Below, piece after piece: positions 19,444 to 29,164 of a DNA stretch of 64,000 nucleotides (position 1 is the first letter of the stretch; every line of letters begins with the position of its first letter). The notes beneath the pieces are model-generated. The model was given only the letters and a program-made list of their open reading frames with translations, was not told the DNA's origin and did no database searches. The stretch covers positions 128,001 through 192,000 of the forward strand of contig CAXXFK010000030.1 in the NCBI GenBank assembly GCA_963663965.2, written 5' to 3'. Source of the DNA: Sedimentisphaerales bacterium (GTDB lineage: Bacteria > Planctomycetota > Phycisphaerae > Sedimentisphaerales > SM23-30). The translations under genes were made by a program, and so were the position numbers.

Positions 19444-19821
19444 TTAGTACCCTTTGGTTCTTGAAATGACTTTTCCTGATTTAATAACAAAACTATCTGA
19501 TTTACCAGCATGATAGAACAGGAGCAGTTCAACTATATTACCTTCAGGATCAAGTGATTGTGAGGTAAGTTGTGGTTTTCCATAAAGACAAAACAGAATT
19601 AGCCGATTCATGCCTAGTTCAAATTCAGCTGACTCTACTAGCTTCCAGTCAAGTTCTGAGAATAACCTGCGGTGATCGATCTCTTGCTGAGCTTCAGGGG
19701 ACTTGGTTAAACACCATTGGATACATAATGCATCATCACTAAGAGAGGGATATTGAGAGGATGGTACCAACGAACTACACCCAATAAGCAAAAATAGAAT
19801 AGGGCATATAAAAGTACGCAT
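19444..19821 (-). CDS. Hypothetical lipoprotein
   Basis: MRTFICPILFLLIGC lipobox-like signal and AGGAGGT RBS. Confidence 0.6.
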   Translation of the reverse strand: MRTFICPILFLLIGCSSLVPSSQYPSLSDDALCIQWCLTKSPEAQQEIDHRRLFSELDWKLVESAEFELGMNRLILFCLYGKPQLTSQSLDPEGNIVELLLFYHAGKSDSFVIKSGKVISRTKGY

Positions 19822-20138
19822 AAATACCTCCTGCAACTTGAAATAAAATGGCTACTATATATTTTTGTTTAAAATAACAACCTTAAATTTTCTGAACACA
19901 TAAACATAAGTATATATAAATTGTTTTAGCGAGCAAGCATAAATTGAGAGAAGGTGAGATGAAGTGCGAAAAGGTATCAAAAGTGAAATGGTTGGGATAG
20001 GATGGGCACGAACGTTCACAGACCTGTACGGACAGGCACGAAAGAGGTGCGGGGAGGATGTGTGTAGTGCAATGGGGGGATTGGTTCTTTGAATGGGAAT
20101 TTTGGATTTGAAAAAAAGATAAATGGGGGGAAGAAAAA

Positions 20139-20164
20139 GGGCAACCACGGGGGGTTGCCCGTAC
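20139..20164 (-). repeat. REP element (GTAC + hairpin); identical copies at 30987-31012 and 34912-34937
   Basis: Minus strand GTAC-GGGCAACC-cccc gt-GGTTGCCC. Confidence 0.85.
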
Positions 20165-20213
20165 ACGGGGGGGGCGTTGGCGGGGCAGGAATATAATGGA
20201 TGGGTACGGACGT

Positions 20214-22661
20214 TTACTGACCTGTACGGGTGTGGATGAGTTTTTTGTTGGTGAGGTTGTTGACTTTCAGTTGGTATTGGGGGGGGATTTTGGTATTGAG
20301 GGTGATCTGGTTGTTGTCGGTTTGCCAGTGGATGGCGATGGGGCCCTGCGGGGTGGGGATGGCGCCCTGGCAGCTGGTCAGGTCGAGGTCGCGGAGGGTG
20401 AGGGTGATGGTTTTGGCGATGGGGTCGTATTGGAGGCCGAGGATGTCGCGGTAGAGGCAGTGGGCGACGTGGGAGGCGAAGCCGTGGTTGCAGCTGGCGT
20501 TGGCGCTGACGTTTTCCCAGAGGGTGCCGGTCTGTTGGGCCATGTAGGTGAAATAGCCGGAGAGTTCGTCTTTGAGCCGGGGGCAGGCGCCGTAGCGGCT
20601 GAGCAGTTCGAGTCGGAGGTAGTTGCCGATGAAGGCGTTGGCCATGTGGACTTCGGGGAAGGCTTTGGTGGTTTTGCGGTCGGGGCCGAACTGGTCGCGC
20701 AGGGTGGACCAGAGCTGGGGGTGGGTTTCGGGTGAGGCGATATTGAAGAAGAAGGCGAAGTACTGGCAGACCTCGGATCGGTTGGTGGTGGGCTTGAGTT
20801 TGCCATCCTGGCGGAGGGCGTTATCGACGAAAAACCGGCCATCGAACGATTGTTTGGCGATGGTCTGGCGGAGGGTGTTGGCCCGGTCGGTGAGTTGGGG
20901 CTGATGATAGAGGGCTCCGGCGGCCTGGAGGACGCGGGCGTAGAGCATGTTGGAAGGGTAGTTGACATCCTGGACGAAGGAGTTGGCGGCGGACCATTCG
21001 ACGAAGACCCAGCTTTTCAGGTTTTCGAGCAGGCCGGATTCATTTTCGAAGGGCTTGAAATAGTCGAGCAGCTGCATGACACGTGGTTGGAGGGCGTCGA
21101 CCAGGGCGCGGTCGCCACTGCGGGCGAGGTATTCTTCCAATTGGACGACGAACCACATGGCCCAGTTGGGGATAAAGACGCGGTCGTTGTGGTCGGAGGG
21201 GTAGCACATGGGCAGCATGCCGGGGGGCAGGAACTCGAAGGTTTTGGGCAGGAGGTAGCTTTCGAACTGGTTTTTTTCGATGGTGGTGTTGCCGGTGAGG
21301 TCGAGTGCGACGCGGGAGGTGAAGAAGCTGTCGCAGAGCCAGCCGGCCCGTTCGCGGGAGGGGCAGTCCATAAAGACGTCGGTGGCGTTCTGGCGGAAGG
21401 TGGCGACGGCGGCGTTGAAGATGGCGTTGAGTTCGGGATCGCTGCAGGAGAATTGAGCGGTGTCGGTCTGGTCGTTGGCCAGTTCGCGCAGGGTGATGTT
21501 GCTGACGGTGGCGGAGCCGGAGCAGATCATGATTTTGAGGGCTTTGAAGGTGTAGGGTTCGAAGGATTCGAGTTGATAGCGGCCGGGGGCGAGTTCGTAG
21601 CCGATGGCGTTGACGCAGCCGAGCCGCCTGAAGTTGACGTCGTTGCCGGAGAGGATTTCATCGAAGGTGAGGTAGAGGCGGGTGGGTTCGGTGCAGCTGA
21701 TGTGCAGGCCGGGGAATCCGGTCAGGTTGGCGCCGAAGTCCAGGATGGCGAACTCGCTGGTTTTGAGTGGCAGCGGGTTGGACTGCCAGGGTTGGTTGAG
21801 TGGTTCGAGGCGGGTGGTTTTGGTTTTTTGCAGTTCGTTAGAGGGGATGACGACCAGCTGGTCCTGGGGGTAGCCTTTGAAGGCGGGGCCGATATTGACC
21901 AGGGACCGGTCTTTCCAGAGATTGTCGACAGGCAGGTTCTGTTCGAAGGCGCCGCGGGCGTGGAGTTGGCGTGGAGTGAGGATGGTATAGCGATGGTAGC
22001 CGACGCGGCGGGGCAGGAGGTTGGGCGTGGGCTGGATGGCGCAGGCGATGGATTCGATGGAGGCGTCTGGATTGGCGCGCCAGGCGTCGGCGCCGGGAGT
22101 GAGGCGGTAGTATTCGATAAAGGGGCGCTGGAAGCTGTAGCGCTGGACTTTCTGGAGGTGCTGGGGCAGGAGCAGGGCCGCGAAGGGATGGGTGGTGGAG
22201 CCGGTGGCGGCGAGGGTTTGGTTGCCGGCGGTGATTTCGGCCTGGAGGAAGGCGGGCTGATCGAGCAGGTAGTAGCTGTTGACGTTGTAGCCGGCGACTT
22301 CGATGGCGATCAGGTTGGTGGGCTGGAGCCGGGTAGTGGGGAGCTGGTAGCGGTCGACGCGGTAATAGCCGTGCGGCCCGCGCGCGGGGCCTTCGGCGAG
22401 GAATTCGCCGTTGAGGAAGATGCGGTAGCGGGTGGAGCCGCAGAGGGTGAGCCAGGTGTCTTCGGCCGGGCGGTCGAAGGCGGCGCGGAAGCCGACAAAG
22501 AGGTTCATTTCGGTTTCGCGGCCGGCGGGCCAGATGGGCCGGGCGGATTGGAAGGCGGATTCCGCGGAGGCTGGGGCCTGGCTGAACGCGGTGGTGGCGA
22601 GGCAAAGGGTGGTTAATAATATGACGGCCGAAATGCGGACAGGGCGGATCAGGTCTGGCAT
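20214..22661 (-). CDS. Secreted alpha-L-rhamnosidase-like glycoside hydrolase (GH78)
   Basis: Signal peptide, ILDFGAN, MDCPSRERAGWLCD and TGTLWE...SCNHGF. Confidence 0.85.
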   Translation of the reverse strand: MPDLIRPVRISAVILLTTLCLATTAFSQAPASAESAFQSARPIWPAGRETEMNLFVGFRAAFDRPAEDTWLTLCGSTRYRIFLNGEFLAEGPARGPHGYYRVDRYQLPTTRLQPTNLIAIEVAGYNVNSYYLLDQPAFLQAEITAGNQTLAATGSTTHPFAALLLPQHLQKVQRYSFQRPFIEYYRLTPGADAWRANPDASIESIACAIQPTPNLLPRRVGYHRYTILTPRQLHARGAFEQNLPVDNLWKDRSLVNIGPAFKGYPQDQLVVIPSNELQKTKTTRLEPLNQPWQSNPLPLKTSEFAILDFGANLTGFPGLHISCTEPTRLYLTFDEILSGNDVNFRRLGCVNAIGYELAPGRYQLESFEPYTFKALKIMICSGSATVSNITLRELANDQTDTAQFSCSDPELNAIFNAAVATFRQNATDVFMDCPSRERAGWLCDSFFTSRVALDLTGNTTIEKNQFESYLLPKTFEFLPPGMLPMCYPSDHNDRVFIPNWAMWFVVQLEEYLARSGDRALVDALQPRVMQLLDYFKPFENESGLLENLKSWVFVEWSAANSFVQDVNYPSNMLYARVLQAAGALYHQPQLTDRANTLRQTIAKQSFDGRFFVDNALRQDGKLKPTTNRSEVCQYFAFFFNIASPETHPQLWSTLRDQFGPDRKTTKAFPEVHMANAFIGNYLRLELLSRYGACPRLKDELSGYFTYMAQQTGTLWENVSANASCNHGFASHVAHCLYRDILGLQYDPIAKTITLTLRDLDLTSCQGAIPTPQGPIAIHWQTDNNQITLNTKIPPQYQLKVNNLTNKKLIHTRTGQ

Positions 22662-22940
22662 GATGACTCTCCGTTACAATTCGAGTAATGATCGATGAAT
22701 GCAAATTCTGGCGTGACAATTTGCATGTGATTTTTGTTTAACTACGTTTTGGATATAGGTTTAACTAATTTGATGGGGTGCTTATTGCCTGGGAAGTTAA
22801 CTGCAGATTGGGTGGATTGATGATATTAAACGCAGGAAAACAGTTAGTAAAATTTTGAGAAAATGGGGGCAGCAAAGCAAGGGTGATAAGATTGTGTGTA
22901 TTCGATCATGTAGTGGGGTGATGGCATGGGGATTGCTTGT

Positions 22941-22968
22941 GTTATTATGTATTGTCCGATAGAGCGAT
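22941..22968. promoter_or_regulatory. Possible ModE-type operator
   Basis: GTTATTATGTA-N6-GATAGAGCGAT resembles ATCGNTATATA-N6-TATATANCGAT and lies upstream of the mod operon. Confidence 0.35.
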
Positions 22969-23099
22969 ATTTAAGTTGTTGATAATGAATGGATTAGAAT
23001 TTATTTATGAGATGGCAGTTTTGAAAAAAATGTAAAAATCCGGCGCGGAAAGTGAAATAATTGTCACTTATGGCGGCCGGGTGTGAAGGATATCTGTTT

Positions 23100-23516
23100 A
23101 TGATCAGTTCGAGAAATCAGTTGCCTGGTGTGATCAAGAGTGTGTCGCGCGGGGTGGTGAATGCTGAAATTGTGATGGTGACCGGGTCGGGGCTGGAGAT
23201 TACCTCGATTATTACGGTGGGGAGCTGTGTGATGATGGGGTTGCGGCCGGGGATGGCGGTGGTCGCGGTGATCAAGGCGTCTGATGTGATGGTGGCAGTG
23301 GGGCATGGTTTTTCGGTGAGTACGCGGAATCATATTCCCGGGCGGATCAAGAGTATTACTCCGGGTGTGGTCAACAGTGAGATTGTGATCGACGCGGAGG
23401 GGACGGAACTGGTTTCGGTGATTACGGAAGCCAGTGTCGAGCGGCTGAAGCTGACGGAGTCGATGAGTGTTTCGGCACTGGTCAAGGCATCCAATGTGAT
23501 TGTGATGACAGGATGA
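23100..23516 (+). CDS. Di-TOBE molybdate-binding (Mop/ModG-like) protein
   Basis: Two S.RN..PG...GVVN.EI...S.IT...L...A..KAS.V repeats. Confidence 0.88.
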   Translation: MISSRNQLPGVIKSVSRGVVNAEIVMVTGSGLEITSIITVGSCVMMGLRPGMAVVAVIKASDVMVAVGHGFSVSTRNHIPGRIKSITPGVVNSEIVIDAEGTELVSVITEASVERLKLTESMSVSALVKASNVIVMTG

Positions 23517-23573
23517 GTGATCAGTTGCGGGCAGCGGTAAGATATAAACCAAGTAATAGAAAGAGGAATACGA

Positions 23574-24362
23574 TTGAGAAAGGCTGTTGACATTCAGGTG
23601 ATCTTGGTGGGAATGCTCTGTTGGGCGCTGACGCTGTTCTGTGTGGGGTGTGGTCGAGAGCAGGCGGAGGCGGGCGCGGGGACGGTGATAGTTTTTGCGG
23701 CGGCCAGTACGACCAACGCGGTGATGGATATCGCGGCGAAGTTTAAGGAGGAAACGGGGATGGAGGTGGTGACGAATTTCGCATCCGCTTCGACCCTGGC
23801 GCAGCAGATCGAAGCCGGCGCGGATGTGGATGTTTTTATTTCGGCGAATGAAAAGTGGGGTGATTACCTGGAAGAAAGAGAGCTTTGTGTGGTTCGTAAA
23901 ACGATTGTGGGCAACCGGATCGTGATTGTGGCGGCGGCGGACACGGGCCGGACGGTTGAGTCGCCGGAATTTTTGCTGGATGAGGCGGTTCAAACGGTGG
24001 CCATGGGTGATCCGGAGCATGTGCCGGCGGGGATATATGGCAAAGAAGCGCTGGCGCGGCTGGGGTTGTGGGAGTCGGTGGCCGGCAAGGTGACGGCGGC
24101 GAAGGATGTGCGTTCGGCGTTGGCGTATGTGGAGACGGGGGCGGCCGAGGCGGGGATAGTGTATTCGACCGACGCGGCGATCAGTGCGAAGGTTCGTGTG
24201 GTTTATCAGTTTCCGGCGGACGCGACGGCCCGGCCGATAGCGTATCCGGCGCTGATGATTAAAAACGCGGTGAATCCGGAGGGGGCGCGTGAGTTTTTGG
24301 CGTTTCTGGAGAGCGAGACGGCTCGCGCGGTTTTTAGGGAGTATGGATTTCTGATCGATTGA
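23574..24362 (+). CDS. modA: Molybdate ABC transporter substrate-binding protein
   Basis: VFAAAS, ASTLAQQIEAGA.DVFISA, GDP.HVPAG.Y and AGIVYSTDA. Confidence 0.92.
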   Translation: MRKAVDIQVILVGMLCWALTLFCVGCGREQAEAGAGTVIVFAAASTTNAVMDIAAKFKEETGMEVVTNFASASTLAQQIEAGADVDVFISANEKWGDYLEERELCVVRKTIVGNRIVIVAAADTGRTVESPEFLLDEAVQTVAMGDPEHVPAGIYGKEALARLGLWESVAGKVTAAKDVRSALAYVETGAAEAGIVYSTDAAISAKVRVVYQFPADATARPIAYPALMIKNAVNPEGAREFLAFLESETARAVFREYGFLID

Positions 24363-24372
24363 CGAGATCAAG

Positions 24373-25056
24373 ATGATATTAACACCGGAAGAATTCAGCG
24401 CGCTTAAGCTCAGTACGGTTTTTGCCTTGATGGCGGCGACCCTGGGGATTGTTCCGGCGATTGGAGTTGGGTACTGGCTGGCGCGGAGCCGGGCGGGATG
24501 GAAATGGCTGGTGGAGGCGGGGGCGAATCTGCCGCTGGTGCTGCCGCCGGTGGTGACGGGGTATCTGTTGCTGCTGCTGCTGGCGCCGTCGGGGCCGATC
24601 GGGGGGCTGTGCACGCGGCTGGGGTTTAAGGTGATCTTTACGCCGTACGCGGCGATCCTGGCGGCGATGGTGGTGAGTTTTCCGCTGGCGATGCGGACGG
24701 CGCGACTGGCGTTTGAATCGGTGGATCAGAAGCTGGAGCAGACGGCGCGGACGCTGGGGGCGACGCGAATGGAAGTATTTCGGCAGGTCTCTTTGCCGCT
24801 GGCGCGGTATGGGATTATCGGGGGGTGGCTATTGGCCTTCGCTCGGAGCCTGGGCGAGTTTGGGGCGACGATTATGATTGCGGGGAATATTGCCGGGAAG
24901 ACCCAGACGATTCCGCTGGCGATTTTCGCGAAGGCGACGCAGCCGGGCGGGATTCAGCAGTCGTGGCGGCTGGTGATGCTGTCGATTGTGGTGTCGTGTA
25001 TTGCCATCGCGCTGGGTGAGCGGCTGGGCCGCAAGCGGAAGGGGAGGGCCGGTTAG
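24373..25056 (+). CDS. modB: Molybdate ABC transporter permease
   Basis: LPLVLPPVVTGY and FARSLGEFGAT. Confidence 0.92.
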   Translation: MILTPEEFSALKLSTVFALMAATLGIVPAIGVGYWLARSRAGWKWLVEAGANLPLVLPPVVTGYLLLLLLAPSGPIGGLCTRLGFKVIFTPYAAILAAMVVSFPLAMRTARLAFESVDQKLEQTARTLGATRMEVFRQVSLPLARYGIIGGWLLAFARSLGEFGATIMIAGNIAGKTQTIPLAIFAKATQPGGIQQSWRLVMLSIVVSCIAIALGERLGRKRKGRAG

Positions 25057-25083
25057 CGGTGATGGATGTGAGGCAAGCCAAGT

Positions 25084-25824
25084 GTGATTATTATGAGGGC
25101 GATGATGCTGCTTGATCTGCGCTGTCAGCATGAGTTTTCCGACCATTTCGGGATCGATGTGGACCTGTCCTGTGAGGTTCGTGCGCTGGCGCTGTTTGGT
25201 CCATCCGGCAGCGGCAAGACGACGCTACTGTCGGCGATCGCGGGGACTTTTATGCCGCGGCGCGGCCGGGTGGCGCTGGATGGCCAGGTTCTGCTGGATA
25301 CTGAGGGGGGGCGGTGTGTGCCGCCGGAGAGGCGTTCGATCGGGGTGACGCCGCAGCATTCGCTGCTGTTTGAGCATATGGATGTACGGAGGAACCTGGA
25401 ATATGGGATGCCGAAGAACCGGTGGTGGAAGCGGCATTCGTCGCTGGTCTGCCAGCGGGAGATCCGGTTCGATCAGGTGGTGGAGATCCTGGAGCTGGAG
25501 CGGTTGCTGGGGCGTTTTCCGGAGCATCTTTCGGGGGGCGAGCAGCGGCGGGTGGCCATTGGGCGGGCGCTGCTCAGTCAGCCGCGGATGCTGATTCTGG
25601 ATGAGCCGCTGTCGGCGCTGGATGATAACCTGAAGCAGCGGATACTGGATTATCTGAAACGGGTAATCGAGCACTGGCAGATCCCGACGATTATCATTAC
25701 GCACAGCAAGGCGGTGGTGGGCGCGCTGGCGGATAGTGTGATTATGGTGGATGGTGGCCGGATTATCGGGATGGGGGCGCCTGGGCGGATGCTGGGGGTG
25801 GCTGAGGTCAAGACGGCGGGGTGA
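25084..25824 (+). CDS. modC: Molybdate ABC transporter ATP-binding protein (start uncertain)
   Basis: GPSGSGKT, LSGGE and LILDEP. Confidence 0.88.
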   Translation: MIIMRAMMLLDLRCQHEFSDHFGIDVDLSCEVRALALFGPSGSGKTTLLSAIAGTFMPRRGRVALDGQVLLDTEGGRCVPPERRSIGVTPQHSLLFEHMDVRRNLEYGMPKNRWWKRHSSLVCQREIRFDQVVEILELERLLGRFPEHLSGGEQRRVAIGRALLSQPRMLILDEPLSALDDNLKQRILDYLKRVIEHWQIPTIIITHSKAVVGALADSVIMVDGGRIIGMGAPGRMLGVAEVKTAG

Positions 25825-25970
25825 GTTGTAAGTGGTTTTATCTTCGGTGGATATGGGTGATTTTGGTTTGATTGGGTTCGTTTGGATTGGGGTGGGGGGC
25901 GGAGAGGTTGTTCGGAGAATTGGGCGGCCCAGATATCAGGTAGAGGTTGTTGAGGAAGGTGGGAACTGGT

Positions 25971-26346
25971 GAACCACGAATGGATATGAATACACGCTAA
26001 CAAAGAGTTGGAGACTAACAATATGGGTTTAAAATATAACGGCCGATTGAACCACGAAGCGCCTTCCTGGGGCGGATCTTCGGCCCTCCTGAGGCGGATC
26101 TTCGACCTACGGCGCTACATGAAGGTTAACAAAAAATATAACGGCCGGTTTAACCGCAGGTGGACGCAGATAAAATATTGATAAGCTATTGAAATATAAG
26201 AAGATATAACCACGGAAAAACACGGAAAGACACGGAAGAAATCAGGGTTAAGAAGTTAAAATCAAAGAAGATGGAACTATAGAAAGGGGCGAAAATAAAG
26301 AGTGGCTGCGCCACGAGTTAAATTTTTAAAGGCAGGGTTTTACCAT
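25971..26346 (+). repeat. Array of triplet repeat units with nested hairpins; continues at 27993-28100 after the IS110
   Basis: aaccacgaatggatatgaat, tataacggcc..aaccacgaag, aaccgcaggtggacgcagat and aaccacggaaaaacacggaaagacacggaa. Confidence 0.8.
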
Positions 26347-26470
26347 GAAGATATCATGAAAGCCAGAATGTCCCGTTGCGGTGGTTCGTGCTATAATGCA
26401 CATTTGTTGTATATGAACACGAGCTGCCCGGGGGGCGCTCATGACACCTTTTTACAGGAGCATTCTGGCT

Positions 26471-27526
26471 ATGAAGACTATTATGGCAATTGATTTAGGA
26501 AAATTCAAGAGTGTAGCGTGTCGTTATCAAATTGGCAGCGGCGCCCAGGAATATTGGACGATTCCCACCCGTCCGCAGGCGATTCACGATCTGGTGGTGA
26601 CTCATTCGGCCGATTGTGTGGTTTTCGAGGCCTGTGGTATCATTGGTTGGATCTGCGATTTATTGGATGATTTGGAGATTGATTATCGAGTGGCCAATAC
26701 CAATAGTGAGGAGTGGCGGGGTAAACGCCTGAAAAAGAAGACGGATCGCAAGGATGCGCTGTGGCTGGCCCGTCGGACGGCACTGGGCGATCTGCCGACC
26801 GTCTATGTGCCGGGTAAGGCGGTGCGCGAGAAACGGGCCTTGATTAATGAACGGAAAAGTATCGTCGAACGAATAACACAATGCAAAAACACCATCCGGG
26901 CGCTGCTGGATCGTCAGGCCCTGCCGATGCCTTCCGGCAAAAACGGCTGGTCGCAAAAACAGATCGCCCATTTGCGGAGTCTGGCCTGTCCCATGGCCGA
27001 GGTGCCGGTGGAGGCGCTCTGGCGTGGCAGCTTGTGGGTGGAATTGGAGTTATTGCACACTCTGGGCGAATTGTTGTTGGTGATCGACAACAAACTGCAT
27101 GCCCTGAACCAAACGGACCGGCACGTGCAATTGCTCACGACCATTCCGGGCGTGGGCGAACGGACGGCCGAAGCGGTGGCCGCTTTAATCGATAATCCCC
27201 ACCGGTTTCAGAACTGCAAGCAGGTGGGCTGCTATATCGGTATGACCCCGCGCCAGTATCAATCGGGAACGATCGACCGGCAGGGCCGCATCAGTAAGGA
27301 TGGCAATCGTTTGCTGCGAAGTCTGCTGGTGGAGATCTGCTGGCTGGGCCAGCGAACCAATCCGTGGATACGAGAAACGTATCAGCGGATCCGGCGCGAC
27401 AGCAAGACACGCTCCAAGATAGCGATTATCGCGGTGGCGCGGCGGTTGTTTGTGCGGATGTGGGCGATGTTGCGCGATGGGACGCCCTGGCAGATGCCGC
27501 CGCTGAAGGCTGCCGTATCCGGATAA
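26471..27526 (+). CDS. IS110 DEDD recombinase/transposase
   Basis: AIDLGK, VFEACG, KTDRKDA, TIPGVG, GMTP..YQSG (catalytic Ser) and AVARRL. Confidence 0.95.
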   Translation: MKTIMAIDLGKFKSVACRYQIGSGAQEYWTIPTRPQAIHDLVVTHSADCVVFEACGIIGWICDLLDDLEIDYRVANTNSEEWRGKRLKKKTDRKDALWLARRTALGDLPTVYVPGKAVREKRALINERKSIVERITQCKNTIRALLDRQALPMPSGKNGWSQKQIAHLRSLACPMAEVPVEALWRGSLWVELELLHTLGELLLVIDNKLHALNQTDRHVQLLTTIPGVGERTAEAVAALIDNPHRFQNCKQVGCYIGMTPRQYQSGTIDRQGRISKDGNRLLRSLLVEICWLGQRTNPWIRETYQRIRRDSKTRSKIAIIAVARRLFVRMWAMLRDGTPWQMPPLKAAVSG

Positions 27527-27968
27527 AAAATACGTTTTGATCGCGTACCGTTCTTTGACTGATTTTAACGAATGCTTAGATTTTGCTTGATTGACATCGA
27601 TATGGAACCTTGTTTCACTTGATGGGTCTAGAGCCTGACGTGAAGATTAAGCCGTATCGTAAACGATGGAATGGGACCATGGTAAAAAAAGAAGACCTGG
27701 ACACCCCGGATAGAAGGCTGAAACAATCGAGCATTTTATCGAATAAAAATAAGGATTCGCTGCGCGAAAATTTGTTTGATCAGGTTTATCGCTTATCGTC
27801 CAAAAAGGCAGGAGGGGCGGCGTAGGTACGCCGCCTGCCTTCCCGGACCCCTTGACGGCGCTCAGGTCGCTCCTCAGCGTTGCCTTATCCTCCGCAAGGG
27901 CAAGGACAGGATAACATGTTTTGAAATAAGGAAATACAATAAAATGCCATATAAACCACTTTTCCCTC
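27527..27968 (+). ncRNA. Candidate bridge/seek RNA region (exact bounds unknown)
   Basis: About 440-nt non-coding right end of an IS1111-like element, with short matches to the target and element-end sequences. Confidence 0.5.
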
Positions 27969-28216
27969 TTGACCTCTGGCTTCATAGAAGATTGTGAAGG
28001 GCATGAAGTTAAGAGGAAGAATTAACAGCCGGTTTAACCGCAGATGGACGCAGATGAAACAGCCGGGGTTTACCATCTGGGGCGGTCAAGCCGCAAGCTT
28101 AAATGAGTTTGTGGGGTTAAGATTAACGAATTGCTCGAATGTAGCAACACGAATCAATATCAAGATGGTCAAAAGGCTGGTATAATTCCTGGCAGACGTC
28201 GGCGACCTATTTCAAT

Positions 28217-29086
28217 ATGTATGACCGGCTGGGCAGTATCCGGATTGTTTTTGACTGGAATGGCGATGTGGTCAATCAGTTTAATTACAATGTTTATGGC
28301 GAGCCTACGCAGGAATTGTTTGTTGAAAATGGTTCGCTTTACAGCAGCTGCTATAACAGCTATCACCGGTTCGCCAATTATAAATGGGATGCCGCCGTCG
28401 GTATGTACGACTGCAACGCGCGGTGGTATGATCCGGTAATCATGCGGTTTACGGGGCGGGATCCGGTTCGGGGTGATTTTAATGAGCCGTTGAGTCTGCA
28501 CCGGTATTTGTATTGTGTGAATGAGCCGGTAAACATTATCGATCCAGCAGGTTTAGAGGGGAATTTATCTGAGTTAAATTTTACACAAGGCGTACAAAAT
28601 GGTATGCGCGCATATGGTGCTGCCGATCAAGCTCACCAAGTATATGGTTATGTTGAAATGTTTACCAGTGGATTATCATTAGGCAATATAATGCTAACTG
28701 TTGCAATTGATGTGGGTATGGATTATGCTGGTGGCAAAGTATTTCAAGCGTTAGCAGATGTTCGTGGCGGAGTGATGAGTTGGATTCGAGCTAAAGGACT
28801 ATATGGTGAAGTTGCATCAGGTATAGCTAAGAATTCTAAACATATAGATTCTATTACAGGAAGTGCGCATTATCGTATCCCTGATGAATTAACTAAGACA
28901 TCATTGACTGAAGTAAAAAACGTAAAAAAATTGAATTATACAAAGCAAATCGAGGATTTTATTTTATATGCTAACGAAGAAAATTTAACGTTTACTATTA
29001 GGTTAAATAGTGGTTGTAAAAAAATTGCTAAGCGAATAAAAGAATTAGAAAAGGTTGGTGGGATAATTATTGACTATTATGACTAA
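28217..29086 (+). CDS. Orphan RHS core + C-terminal restriction-endonuclease-fold toxin (Tox-REase-7-like)
   Basis: DRLGS, ARWYDP...RF...DP, Y.YCVNEPVNIIDPAG, then RIPD...EVKNV..L.YT.QI.D. Confidence 0.85.
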   Translation: MYDRLGSIRIVFDWNGDVVNQFNYNVYGEPTQELFVENGSLYSSCYNSYHRFANYKWDAAVGMYDCNARWYDPVIMRFTGRDPVRGDFNEPLSLHRYLYCVNEPVNIIDPAGLEGNLSELNFTQGVQNGMRAYGAADQAHQVYGYVEMFTSGLSLGNIMLTVAIDVGMDYAGGKVFQALADVRGGVMSWIRAKGLYGEVASGIAKNSKHIDSITGSAHYRIPDELTKTSLTEVKNVKKLNYTKQIEDFILYANEENLTFTIRLNSGCKKIAKRIKELEKVGGIIIDYYD

Positions 29087-29164
29087 GTACACTTCTAAAA
29101 ATATAAAATCAACCCAGTAGGTAAAAACATCTTAAACTAAAGAATTGATTAGGTATGCAAAATA

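Larger units (their letters stand above)
26347..27992 (+). mobile_element. IS110-family element of the IS1111 type
   Basis: GAAGAT at both ends (26347-52, 27987-92). Sub-terminal IRs ATGAAAGCCAGA (26356) / TCTGGCTTCAT (27975). Long 3' non-coding end. Confidence 0.85.

Noticed and set aside
20850..22616. 588-aa plus-strand ORF
   Set aside because: Antisense shadow of the GH78 gene, caused by high-GC codon bias.
23064..24614. 516-aa minus-strand ORF
   Set aside because: Arg/His-rich antisense shadow of the TOBE-modA-modB genes.
25971..26346. Repeat arrays as a CRISPR array
   Set aside because: There is no constant 23-47-nt repeat with regular unique spacers, and no cas genes.
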